From the NCBI GenBank assembly GCA_001643675.2, contig LSRY02000036.1:868001-932000 (forward strand): a stretch of 64,000 nt of DNA, given 5' to 3'. The position numbers and the translations under genes are program-made. The notes beneath the pieces are model-generated. The model was not told the DNA's origin, did not search any database, and saw only the letters and a program-made list of their open reading frames with translations. The stretch is from Monocercomonoides exilis PA203 (taxonomy: Eukaryota > Protista > Preaxostyla). Of the stretch, positions 26,501-37,097 are shown one piece after another (the stretch's first letter is position 1; every line of letters begins with the position of its first letter).

Positions 26501-26582
26501 CTCTTTTTCATCTATGCGTTCTTCATCTCAAGGAGGTTCTCAGCTTCGACGCTCATTTGCAGGCACTTCTTCACGCTTTTGA
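23532..26582 (+). CDS. Multi-exon coiled-coil protein with Ser-rich C-terminal tail
   Basis: Successive heptad-rich ORF pieces (23457-, 23884-, 24296-, 24824-, 25596-, 26157-) are separated by AT-rich GT..AG introns. Exon boundaries were not all resolved. Confidence 0.7.
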
Positions 26583-26889
26583 GAATTCGTTGCATTTCCT
26601 TTGTATTATTGTTGTATTTATAAGAGTAAAAACATTTGATTTATAATATAACTTTTTATGTTCATATTTACTCTTGCTCTCCTTCACATGAATTGAGAGA
26701 AGATTATACATTTTTTGTGTGTTATGAATACTTATATTTTCAGCTTTTTGTTCCAATTTTTGAATAAAAATAACAACCTTTTCTTTTCTCAATTCTTAAT
26801 TTTGAAGAACATTTTATTTTTTTATGTTTCTTCCGTCTCTTTTGAGCAAAAAATAAAACAAAGAAAGAATAAGAAGTGAAATTACTGTA

Positions 26890-29800
26890 TTATTCCTTTA
26901 ATGGCTTCGCCAAAACAAAAGGAATAGAGTCAAATATAAATTCGCCAATTAGAGAATGAGCTTTCTCAACTCTGCATTCATCAGATGAGATTGAAAACTG
27001 CTCAGCTTTCTCAAACCAGTTTGTAATTTCTACAAATTTCGCTTGTTTGTCGTTTCTACTTTTATTTTTCTCAAAGCAATGTGAATTGTTTTGCTTTGAT
27101 GAGGCTGAAGAGGAAAAAAGCAAGTGTTTCAGCAACATGGCAAAAGAAGTGTTATTCACAAGAACTGAAAATGTGTTGTTTGCAATGGCAGCAGAATAAC
27201 ACTTGCAATGGATAGGAATTCTAACGGGAAAAGTGCAATGTTGAAAAGGTAACGAAGAAATAACTTCAGCATGATCTGTGCTCTGTATAGAAGAACTACT
27301 CGAGAGCACAAGATTGTTGGCTTCGATGTCAGCAATGTGTGAATAATCAGGAAATACTGGTAGAAGTCTATTTGAATGAAAGGCACGCATCAAAAGACAA
27401 TTAGATGAAGGAGTTAATGAAAGAGAAGACAGAAGAGTATGAACTATCAAAGGTTTCTTTGTGGTTGTGGATGATGAAATTGCAAAATTATATAAGAAGT
27501 TGTGGCTGCTATCCATGATTGGTGGATAAACAGAAGACAATGATATTATCCGAGCAATTCTTTTCGTTTGATGTCTTTCTTTAATTCCGTTATTATCAAT
27601 GCAATCGCAAATGTGAATAAGACAAGGTCTGAATGAGTTGATTAGTGGATCCATTTGATTGAAGCAAAATTTTCCTGTATTTGTTGAATTTGTTATAATT
27701 CTTCCACTCATTGAGATTGCAGTATCCTTGTTTTTCTTTTGAATCATTTGTTCGTTTGGATCGATCTTATGAAAATGTCTCCTCTTTTCAAACAGAACAC
27801 GCATCCATTTGTCATCCTCGTTCGAAGATGACAGACCATTCTCATCTTCAATAACAACATCAACAGCCGCAACACAAAATTCATGTTGATGAAGTGGAGC
27901 TATTTTCGTATTGTAAGCAACGTCCAGCGAATAAATTGCAGCTTCAATGCTTTCAAGTTGAATGGAAGCACATTGAGAACAACCAAAAAATGCAAAAGTT
28001 TTTGCTGAAGAAAAACTGATTGCTGAATGAGAAATATGATCAAATGCTAATGATTCACTGAAAACAGTTGATTCTTTGTGAGTCGCTTTGCATTCAGCCG
28101 TCGAAAACATTTGAGATTGTGTGAATAATAAAGGTGAAGTCACCTTTTCATGATCATTCGATTCAACGCAGCGAGATTTTAAAGATTGAGAATGATTGGT
28201 ACTTGAGATGAAACAAGATGGCTTGCTTGCTGAACTTGAGTTAAACATGACTGCTGTATTTGTTTCAAGATTCTTCTCGTTTCTATTTGAATTCTGAAAA
28301 GATGATAATTTACCACTGGTAGACTTATTCATTAATGGCTGGCTAATTGATGACAACACCCCAAAATGCGGAGAACGAGTAATTGACGAACTGAATGATG
28401 AATTGAAGGATTCAAACAAAGCAGTGTTAAAAACCAAAGGTGCAGAAAGTGGAGCTTTTGTCAGAGAATTCAGAATGAAATTTTTGAGAATGGAATAAAA
28501 ATTTTCTGGGATAGCAGGTGAAAGGTACATTGGACAAGAAGTGGCAGAAAGTGATATTTCTGAAAAGAAAGAAAATTTTAACAGTTTTTGAGTTACTTTT
28601 TGAGATTCTGAACATCCTGAGTGTCTGGGCAACTGTAAACTTTCCAAAGATGATTCAGAAGCATCTAAGTGCTGATGCTTTTCATGTGAAATAAAGAATC
28701 CGAGAGGATGTGATGATCTAACAATCAGAGGAAACAATGAAATAGAAGAAACATAACGTTGAGCAGATGCGTCAAAATAGGAATTGACAAGTGGATGCAT
28801 TCCTTTGAGACACTTGATTTGCCCGAGAGAAGGAGAGGAAGGAAAAGAAGGAAGCGAAACAGAAGATCCAGACTTTGTAATATTAAGCAAAGAAGAAGGA
28901 TGATTGTCACTTGGCACTTCATTGCCAGAAAGTTCAATTGGCGAATTTTTGCCTTTTTCTTGCCCTGCTTCAAACGAAGTTGTTGATGAAGAAAGAACAG
29001 AATTCTGGTTAAAATGAGACAAAACAGAGCATCTGTCCTCTGAAACAGACAAAGAAGAAGGAAACAACAGAGAAAGGTTTATTTCGCTTTGCGTTTCAAT
29101 AGAATCAAAATGTTGAACGCATTTTCCTGTCAAACTATTCGATTTAATTCCACCAGTATCATTTGAATCCTTCTTCATATCAAAGTTATTCGACCCATTT
29201 TTATTTGAGCAGCAAAGTGAATTAGTCCGTTCAATGTTTTCTTGACTAAAAAAGTCATTGCAATTTGATGAATAATTCAATGAAGAAATGGATTTTTCAT
29301 CTTCAATCTCAGATACCCCACAAAGTGTTTGCACATTTGATCCTTCAGTTTTTGAAGAGTCAATTTCATATGCTTTGTCTGAATCATCAGACATCATAGA
29401 AGAAGAACTGAACGATGATTCTTCTGCAAAAGCTGACTTTGTATTCGTTGTACAAGATTCTCCAATCAAAGCAAAAGGCTGCTCTTTTCTCTCCAATTCA
29501 GATGAAAGCAAAGAAACAGAAGCATTTATTATCAACTGAAGTGACAGTGTTTGCCTCAGCAACTGAGAGAGACTCGAACGAGCAAACACTTCATGAATAT
29601 CACTTTCTTGTGCAAGTCGTAGAATGTGCGTGAACAGAAGAAATGCAACAGCTTCTGTCATTGAAGGTTTTTCATCTGCAAAAGTTGCATTTGTCGTTGG
29701 TAAGTCCGATGAGAATTTTATTGAATTGTCAGATGTTGTGCTTTCCGTAAATAATGGAGGAGAAATTGAATCTTCGATTGCCGAGGCAATTGCTGCATCT

Positions 29801-32800
29801 GAGGCAATAAATGAAGTTGAACAAATAGAATCCAACGCATCTTTGGAAGGAGCATTTAATGGCTGTATTGCTTGAATGGGATTGATGCTGAAAGAACGTT
29901 TAAGATCTTTTGCTCTTTTTGGGGTGGTAATTGAAGGTGTAACGTATCGATTAATAGAATTGATAAGATGTGAAATGGTGCGTTCCGCAGATCTTTCTTT
30001 TTCTTTTCGCGAACCATCGACTGCACTGCGAAGTTTGTATCCATCCACAACAGTTCCAGTGTCATCCACATTGAATGCTTCGTTGAATGAGAAAAACAAC
30101 CGATTCGCGGCTGAAATCGAAGCGAGATACGTTTGAAGAGACGGACGTGTAGAAGAAGCAGAAGAAGATAACAATGCAAAATGTTGAACAGGCGAAGTCT
30201 GGATAGGTTGAAGTGCACTGTCTTCTTCGTATTGATTGAAAATATTTACAGCTTCTTTCCATTCGTTGAATGCATATGTCTGAGAGAAAAATAGTCTGAT
30301 CAGTTTTTGAGAAAGATCAAACTTTGAAACTGAAGATTTCCTTTGAGTGTTTTGCCTATCGGCTGTGTAAGAAAAATTAGGCAATCTCAACGAAGAAAAT
30401 GTTGGAGACAGATGTTGATCTGTTGGTGTGGTTCCAGAAGACGAACAGTTTGAACATTCATTCATGCTGTCTGATACAGTTGACCACGTTTCTGGAAGAG
30501 GAGTTTGAGATTCAAACATGTGAAAAGCGGACGAAGCAGAAGTCGAAAGAGCATCAACAAGAGCTGTTCCGCTGCTTGGAGCAAAAATAGGCTGCGGAGT
30601 GTTTGTAACTAGAGGAGGAGTGAAAAGACGTATCGACTGATTTTGTGAGTGTGTTGAACCCGCCCAGGTTTGGGGACTTAAACTTTGAGACATTTGAATG
30701 CTCGGTGAATCGTGGAAAATTGATGCTGATTGAGATGAGGATATCATCGTCTGTTGCTCAAGGCTTTTGCATGGAAACGAAAACACATTGGATGATATTT
30801 GCTTTGAGGATAAAGTTTGATCTTCTTTTGGTTCCAATGAAGTTATGCGAGCGTTTGAGAGATAAGAGAAAGGTGGAAGTGAATGCGATTCCTGAAGGGC
30901 AGTTGAAGGAGTCTGCTTAACAAATGTTGGTGAATATGTTCCCCGAAGCACAGCTCCACTTAAACAGAATGGATTTTCAGCTGAAGGCTCAGATGGAAGA
31001 GGGTCACACGACGCAGCAGCGATTGATGATGCAATGTCGATCATCATTGGAGAAGGAGAAAGTGATTGAATTTCAGAAGAAGGGAATCCAGAGAATGATG
31101 GAAGAGACGGAGAATTGAACGAAGAAATCATCGATAATGATGGAGGAGAAGCAAAGGCAGTTGCTTGCTGTTTAGCTGCAGTCAGCCTAAAGATTCCATC
31201 AGGCACAGATTGAAATGGCATCAAAGAATTCTGGACAGGAATTGATGATGCTCCAATGGAACTATAATTCTTTGAAAGTGGCTCTGTTCCATTGGAGAAT
31301 CTGCTGCCCTTTGTTGAATCTGCTTCGATTCGTGCAGATGTATTCAAGCTTACCATTTGATTGGGTGAGCATTCAGGAAAAGATGCAACAAAATGCAGAG
31401 ATTGGCCAGACGATTCCAGTTGCATTGTTGGAGAAGTATTAAGTTTGAAACGTGTTGTATAACTTTCAGAAGAATCGGAAAAAAGTGGATGAAAAGGGTG
31501 CAACTCCAAATGTGAAGAAGAAGGAGAAAGTGATGTTGAAGAAGAAGCAGCTCTTCTTGGCTGGGGCTGTGCAAACAGCAAAGGCGAATGCCACAAAGGA
31601 TTTCCAGTGATTGTCTGATTCAAAGAAGGTGATGAAGAAGCAACTGACGGAAGAGCTGCAGAAGAACAGCGAGACGCAAAAGCTGTCTGTGAATGTCCAA
31701 AAAGCTCCAAGTTTGGCGAATGAATGATTATTGGTGTTTTCGGAAAAGAATCAAAAAGTGGCGTGGAAACAGGAGAAAACTGAGCGGCAGAAGAAATATC
31801 TGGGAGAATTTGAGGGGTTGAACTCAAAAGGTGCTGAATAGTTGGTAGGCAAAGGATTAGAGACTCTGGAAGAGGACAAGCAGTGCCCTCGTTGCTTTGT
31901 GTGCATATTGTTGATTGTTGAAGAGTCTGATGCGATAAAAGTAATTTTCCACTTTTTGGAGAAAGAGAAGTTGGATAGCACAACAACGAAGGAGAAGGGG
32001 AAGAAGAAGAAGAAGAAGTTGATGATCTTGCAGAGGTTTGGCAGTTTGGTTGATTTGTTATGGAAGGCGAAGTAAGTGAAGGAGATGGAAAGGAGGAAGT
32101 GTGAGGCAAGAATACAGGCATGACAGGTGATGATGATAATAAGGTTGTTGCTTGCGATGATGAAAAAGATGGAGCAGAGTATAAACTTTGAGGCAAACAT
32201 ATTTCGTTGAAGCATTCAGAAGGGTCAGACGGAAGCGATGAAATGATTGATGCAGTTTTTTTGATGGTTCTTTCTCTTTCCTCAGCCAACGAGCGGGCAA
32301 AGGACTGAATCCTTTTGTTAACTCCGCTTAATGAGTGATTCTGTTTTGGCGAATGGAACAAAACATCTTCAGAGAATTCGGTTTCTGATTGCTCCGATAA
32401 ATCAACTTTTTCAGCTGAAGGTTTCTCTTTTGCCTCACCTGAAATTATTGATTCATTTTCACAATTTCTGTCAGCGTTTGTTTTCTGCTGATCCAAATCT
32501 GGTTTGTTTTTTCGATTAGCTGATGGCCTCTCAATGCTCGAAACAAATTTAACATGAGAAGAGTTGGAATTGGCAATGTCTTTGTTGATACATTTCCTGT
32601 CAGAGAAAGGCATCAAAATGTCATTCTTCACACAAGGCTGTACTTTATTTGTTTTCTCAATCATTTCATCAAAATCTGAATTCGTGTCAAATTTAAACAA
32701 TCTGCTTGCAAATAAAAATCGCCTCTTGTCAAATGGAATTTCAGATTTTGAAAGTGAATGTCTTCGTTTGTTGCGATAATGATTGCGCCTCTGAACAGAC

Positions 32801-34449
32801 TTTTCACGATAGATTGTTTTGTAAGTTTCTCTTCGGAATAAATCCTGGCTTGAATGAGGAGGAAATACAGACTGTTCAGATGATTGCTTTGAAGGTGGTG
32901 ATAAAAATCTTCCATGAGCTGAGCAAATCAAACAAGGATGAAATGCTCTATTTCTGACTGACTTTCTTCTCCGCAATAACTTCGAATGAAATACAAACAG
33001 ATCAGAATTGTCGATAAAGTGTGAATGGATGTTGAATGATGGAAGCAGAAGACGAGCGGAAGAATCAGAGCAGTTTGAAGATTGAAGAGTACATTCAGCA
33101 AAAGACGGATTTCTGTCATCAGAAGCTTTTTTTACCAATTCTTTTGACTGTTCAATTTCCCTTGCGTTTGTCTTGTCAACGTCGAAATGAGGGACAAGCG
33201 AAAGAAGCGAGCCTTTTCGCTTTGATGTCATTCCTCTATCCTTTTTGTGCAGAAAAGGAGTTATTTTTTGATGGAACATATTCATAAATACTTGTTGCTT
33301 CCTGTTCGTTTGTGAATAAGACAAAAAATCAATCTTTGAAGAAGTTGGATGATAAAATAGATCTGCACCGCAAGAACACTTCATCAATGCTGCTGAACTC
33401 GATGATGTTGATAAAATCGAATCTGAACCTTGCTGACTTCCAAAATCAATCTCAACACTCTGAAGAGTTGAATTGCTTGCGTGTGTGATTGAGAATGTTG
33501 CTGCAATTAATTTTTGTGCATCTGCATGAACGTTGTCTCTCTTCCGCATTTTTTGAGTGATCATTGGTATTGATGAACCAGAAGATCCAGAAATATGACT
33601 GATAAACGTTGATAGTTGATTAAAGAGGATTGCAGGATCATTGGAAAATACAATCTTTCTCGCTCGATAAAAAGAGTTGCACGACGAATCTGAAATCTCT
33701 GACAACGACACAGAAACGTCATTATCAGATATTGTTTCTGTTGAGCAACTTGAATTTTCTGTGCAAGATTCATCAGATTCTTCTGCAGAATCTGAGTAAT
33801 CAAGATTTGAATTGACATCCTCTTCAGAAAGATTAGAAACAATATCATCAGATTTTATTTTGCTTTTGTGATGAGTGCCATTGCGATTTCTATCAATTTT
33901 TTGCTGAATCTTCCGATTTATGCGTCTTTCCTCAAGAAATTTGAAAAAAGTCTGCACCCAATTCGACCCATCGACACTGTACAATTCATTCGAAAAAGAA
34001 AGATCCTTTATCATTTGCATGAGAATAGAGGGAATAATTTTTGATCCAGCTGATTGGATTTCAGTTGTTTGTTTGCAACATTGGATTGCATCTCGCTCTG
34101 AAATTTTTTGATGAAATGTAATATTTCTTCTCTTCGAGCAAATAGCTAGATGTTGCTTCAAAGGATATTTTTTCGAGACGCTCAATGCTTTTGCAAAGCG
34201 TGCTCTCATTTCCCTCTCTGCAAATAGAAGAACTGGATTATTTTGCATTTGGAACATCAACTGCCGTTCTTCGGAAGCTCTTCCTAGCGAAGGAAATAAC
34301 CGTTTTTTGATTCGACGCATTGAACTTGAATGCTTCGTTGAAGATTCAGAATCAGAAACTTCTGATTGAGAATCATTAACTTTGCTATTATTGCCACTTC
34401 CACAAGGTTGATCTTTTTGAAACAACAACCCCTGAAGGGTATTTATCAT
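26890..34449 (-). CDS. Very large Ser-rich hypothetical protein (2519 aa)
   Basis: 7.5-kb uninterrupted ORF from ATG to TAA. No domain recognised by eye. Confidence 0.8.
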   Translation of the reverse strand: MINTLQGLLFQKDQPCGSGNNSKVNDSQSEVSDSESSTKHSSSMRRIKKRLFPSLGRASEERQLMFQMQNNPVLLFAEREMRARFAKALSVSKKYPLKQHLAICSKRRNITFHQKISERDAIQCCKQTTEIQSAGSKIIPSILMQMIKDLSFSNELYSVDGSNWVQTFFKFLEERRINRKIQQKIDRNRNGTHHKSKIKSDDIVSNLSEEDVNSNLDYSDSAEESDESCTENSSCSTETISDNDVSVSLSEISDSSCNSFYRARKIVFSNDPAILFNQLSTFISHISGSSGSSIPMITQKMRKRDNVHADAQKLIAATFSITHASNSTLQSVEIDFGSQQGSDSILSTSSSSAALMKCSCGADLFYHPTSSKIDFLSYSQTNRKQQVFMNMFHQKITPFLHKKDRGMTSKRKGSLLSLVPHFDVDKTNAREIEQSKELVKKASDDRNPSFAECTLQSSNCSDSSARLLLPSFNIHSHFIDNSDLFVFHSKLLRRRKSVRNRAFHPCLICSAHGRFLSPPSKQSSEQSVFPPHSSQDLFRRETYKTIYREKSVQRRNHYRNKRRHSLSKSEIPFDKRRFLFASRLFKFDTNSDFDEMIEKTNKVQPCVKNDILMPFSDRKCINKDIANSNSSHVKFVSSIERPSANRKNKPDLDQQKTNADRNCENESIISGEAKEKPSAEKVDLSEQSETEFSEDVLFHSPKQNHSLSGVNKRIQSFARSLAEERERTIKKTASIISSLPSDPSECFNEICLPQSLYSAPSFSSSQATTLLSSSPVMPVFLPHTSSFPSPSLTSPSITNQPNCQTSARSSTSSSSSSPSPSLLCYPTSLSPKSGKLLLSHQTLQQSTICTQSNEGTACPLPESLILCLPTIQHLLSSTPQILPDISSAAQFSPVSTPLFDSFPKTPIIIHSPNLELFGHSQTAFASRCSSAALPSVASSSPSLNQTITGNPLWHSPLLFAQPQPRRAASSSTSLSPSSSHLELHPFHPLFSDSSESYTTRFKLNTSPTMQLESSGQSLHFVASFPECSPNQMVSLNTSARIEADSTKGSRFSNGTEPLSKNYSSIGASSIPVQNSLMPFQSVPDGIFRLTAAKQQATAFASPPSLSMISSFNSPSLPSFSGFPSSEIQSLSPSPMMIDIASSIAAASCDPLPSEPSAENPFCLSGAVLRGTYSPTFVKQTPSTALQESHSLPPFSYLSNARITSLEPKEDQTLSSKQISSNVFSFPCKSLEQQTMISSSQSASIFHDSPSIQMSQSLSPQTWAGSTHSQNQSIRLFTPPLVTNTPQPIFAPSSGTALVDALSTSASSAFHMFESQTPLPETWSTVSDSMNECSNCSSSGTTPTDQHLSPTFSSLRLPNFSYTADRQNTQRKSSVSKFDLSQKLIRLFFSQTYAFNEWKEAVNIFNQYEEDSALQPIQTSPVQHFALLSSSASSTRPSLQTYLASISAANRLFFSFNEAFNVDDTGTVVDGYKLRSAVDGSRKEKERSAERTISHLINSINRYVTPSITTPKRAKDLKRSFSINPIQAIQPLNAPSKDALDSICSTSFIASDAAIASAIEDSISPPLFTESTTSDNSIKFSSDLPTTNATFADEKPSMTEAVAFLLFTHILRLAQESDIHEVFARSSLSQLLRQTLSLQLIINASVSLLSSELERKEQPFALIGESCTTNTKSAFAEESSFSSSSMMSDDSDKAYEIDSSKTEGSNVQTLCGVSEIEDEKSISSLNYSSNCNDFFSQENIERTNSLCCSNKNGSNNFDMKKDSNDTGGIKSNSLTGKCVQHFDSIETQSEINLSLLFPSSLSVSEDRCSVLSHFNQNSVLSSSTTSFEAGQEKGKNSPIELSGNEVPSDNHPSSLLNITKSGSSVSLPSFPSSPSLGQIKCLKGMHPLVNSYFDASAQRYVSSISLFPLIVRSSHPLGFFISHEKHQHLDASESSLESLQLPRHSGCSESQKVTQKLLKFSFFSEISLSATSCPMYLSPAIPENFYSILKNFILNSLTKAPLSAPLVFNTALFESFNSSFSSSITRSPHFGVLSSISQPLMNKSTSGKLSSFQNSNRNEKNLETNTAVMFNSSSASKPSCFISSTNHSQSLKSRCVESNDHEKVTSPLLFTQSQMFSTAECKATHKESTVFSESLAFDHISHSAISFSSAKTFAFFGCSQCASIQLESIEAAIYSLDVAYNTKIAPLHQHEFCVAAVDVVIEDENGLSSSNEDDKWMRVLFEKRRHFHKIDPNEQMIQKKNKDTAISMSGRIITNSTNTGKFCFNQMDPLINSFRPCLIHICDCIDNNGIKERHQTKRIARIISLSSVYPPIMDSSHNFLYNFAISSSTTTKKPLIVHTLLSSLSLTPSSNCLLMRAFHSNRLLPVFPDYSHIADIEANNLVLSSSSSIQSTDHAEVISSLPFQHCTFPVRIPIHCKCYSAAIANNTFSVLVNNTSFAMLLKHLLFSSSASSKQNNSHCFEKNKSRNDKQAKFVEITNWFEKAEQFSISSDECRVEKAHSLIGEFIFDSIPFVLAKPLKE

Positions 34450-34730
34450 ATAATTTTAAGATTGAAGTATCATCGCTGTAAACAATTGCGAAGGAGAACA
34501 AACGACATTTTTAATTCAATAATACACCCATTGTAAATTTTAATCACAATTTTCAGTTCTCAAAAGAAATTCAAAAATCAATTAAATTTGCGCTGAAATG
34601 CAATAAAATGCACGAAAACAAAAACAAAGAAATTTCAAAATAAAATGAAATGAAACATAACGCAGAAAATTTCAATAATTCCTAAAAATTTTAAAATAAA
34701 ACTCAAGAGATTGTAATTTAAAGAGTAACT

Positions 34731-36908
34731 TTACATAAGCTTATGCTTTCTAAGCTTTCTTTGGGCCTCTTCTTCTTTCTCTTCCTTTTTGTCGCGGAAA
34801 TAGTCTCTAAGCTTAAAGAGAGCATAAATGACAACAAGCAAAGCAATGATGGACACAATCACAATTATAACAATCACAAAAGTATCAAGCCGAGGAGGCT
34901 TGTATTTTGGAGGCTTCATGAATGGATAGTCGATGTATATCCATTTGTTCTTGATGGACACGATTCTCGCGATGTATCTGTTGCGTGCACTGGAATTGGA
35001 GTTGGGCAAGAAATTGATCTTGTCTGAGGTCAGATTGGCTGACAGCTCGAGATTCATCCTGTTGGTGATGATGAAGTCGCGAAGGGGCGGGTCGAATGCA
35101 TCAGAATTATCGGGATCGAGGCTGGACATGTCAATCTTGATCGGATAGGGGAATATGATATCTGACGAATTAGGCACAAATGAATAGTTCTGAAAAATAA
35201 AGACAATAATATAAAAAAATAGTTTATAGTAATAAGCAAAAAAAATATCATGAATTATGATAAATAAATGAAGAGATGAAAGAAAGAAAGAAAGCGATAA
35301 AATACGAAATGAAATTTTAAAACCAAATTTAATCAAGATAAAAAATAAAATAAAATAAAATAGAATCAAAAATTCAAAAATTCAAAGCAACAAAAAAATG
35401 AAACTTTCATAAAAGCAAACCAGTTGGACATCTGAATAAGTCTGTTTTGCCAAGAAGATTTTGTTGTTGCTCATTCGGTTGAAATTAATGAGTTGTGCCC
35501 GCAGGCTAATCTTTGTGTCGCTTGAAACCATAAAAATAATATCTCCGTCTTTGACAATTGTGGTCGATTCATTCAAGATGCTGCCTTCTGCCTTTCCATA
35601 ACCCTGAAATAGAAAAGAAATACATCACAACAGGCATCAATAATGTAATTGAATAGAAAGTGGTTGGATTGTATTGTTCAAAAATATCATATGTGATTAG
35701 AAAGAATAAAAGTCGAGAAATAACATCGAAACATAAATAAAAATGGAAAAAGCAAAATAGAATGTTAACTTTGATGTTCAAAGAAAAATTAAAAATTGAA
35801 TACTTTTGGTTCTTTTTCTGTTATGTCACCTTTAGTAAAAGCGCATCGAAGGCCATATTCCAATGTGATATCTTTTCCTCTCTCCCATTTGATGCAAAAT
35901 GAATTTGGATTCGCTTCCTGCTCCCTCGGTGAGCATTGTGATTTCGGGCTTGTGATTACCATATCGCACACAACATTACGCAATGTATCGCACAAAACTG
36001 CTTTTGTTTCGTTTGTTGGGGGTACAACATATCTGTATCTACCTGAATGGAACGCCCAAGGATAACATTTGCATTCGCGCGTTTCGCTTTCGGGCTACCA
36101 ATGGTGTAAACAGAAATAAATCATAAAATCAAAAAGTTAGAAAACTTTAAAATGCTTAACACACATCATCCCATTCCCCATAGAAACATTCCGAAAACTG
36201 GCACGCTGGACCAATGTACCCAGGTTCGCATTTGCAATAAGGAGTTCTGTCTGGGTCATCTCCAACTTCTCTTGTTCCGTGATAGCAAAGAAGATCACAC
36301 TCATCTCCAACGTATCCAACATCACAATAACAACGTCCTTCGTAGTATTGCCCATTAACGCACTTAATTCCACAGTCTGGTCCAACGTAATTGCGTAAGC
36401 AACGACATCCTGTTGTAGCAGTTGGATCATAATAACCGTGGTCGCAAGATACATCACAAAATGGACCTTTCCATTTCGATTCGCATGTACAAAAATCATT
36501 TTCTATCTTTCCATGATGGCATTCGTATTGACATTCTTCACCAAAATAAGGATTATCACAAATGCACTTCCCTTCTTTAAATGTTCCTCTTCCATTACAG
36601 TTTGAATCTTCAAGAATTCTTTTTGTTGCATAAGCAGGAACGTATGGAGTATCATCTCGAGAAATTCCAACTTTTTCTGTTTCAAAATGAGGCGTATTTG
36701 GAGAGCTAACAAGTTGAAACGATCGCATCATCATCTCCCACTGGCTTTTCATCTTTTGGCCAAGTTTCGTAAAAAATGTTAAAACAGGATTTCCTTCTTG
36801 TTCAATCGATTCTTTCCATAAATCACGAAATGGTAATCGTCGTTTGTAAGGCTCTAGCTGATCAACCTCACAAAGTGAAGAAGCGAACAAACACAAGTAA
36901 AAGATCAT
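34731..36908 (-). CDS. EGF-like repeat type-I membrane protein (about 4 exons)
   Basis: Signal peptide MIFYLCLFASSLC. Tandem CxCxxxYxGxxC repeats (CICDNPYFGEEC, CTCESKWKGPFC, CRCLRNYVGPDC, CYCDVGYVGDEC, CKCEPGYIGPAC). Spliced to later exons ending in TM FVIVIIVIVSIIALLVVIYALF and a basic tail. Confidence 0.85.
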
Positions 36909-37097
36909 TAAATATACCCTTTATAGAATAATTTTCTTTCGTTTTCATAATTTACAATCAGAAAGGCTTATCTTTTATAACAATGAAAAATTAAATTATA
37001 CAATCGTTTTTGTGTAATTTTCCTTTAAATATCAACAAAATATTCTTGAATATTTTCTATTTTTTTCTTTTATTTGTGTTTTTGTGTGTTTGAAATC

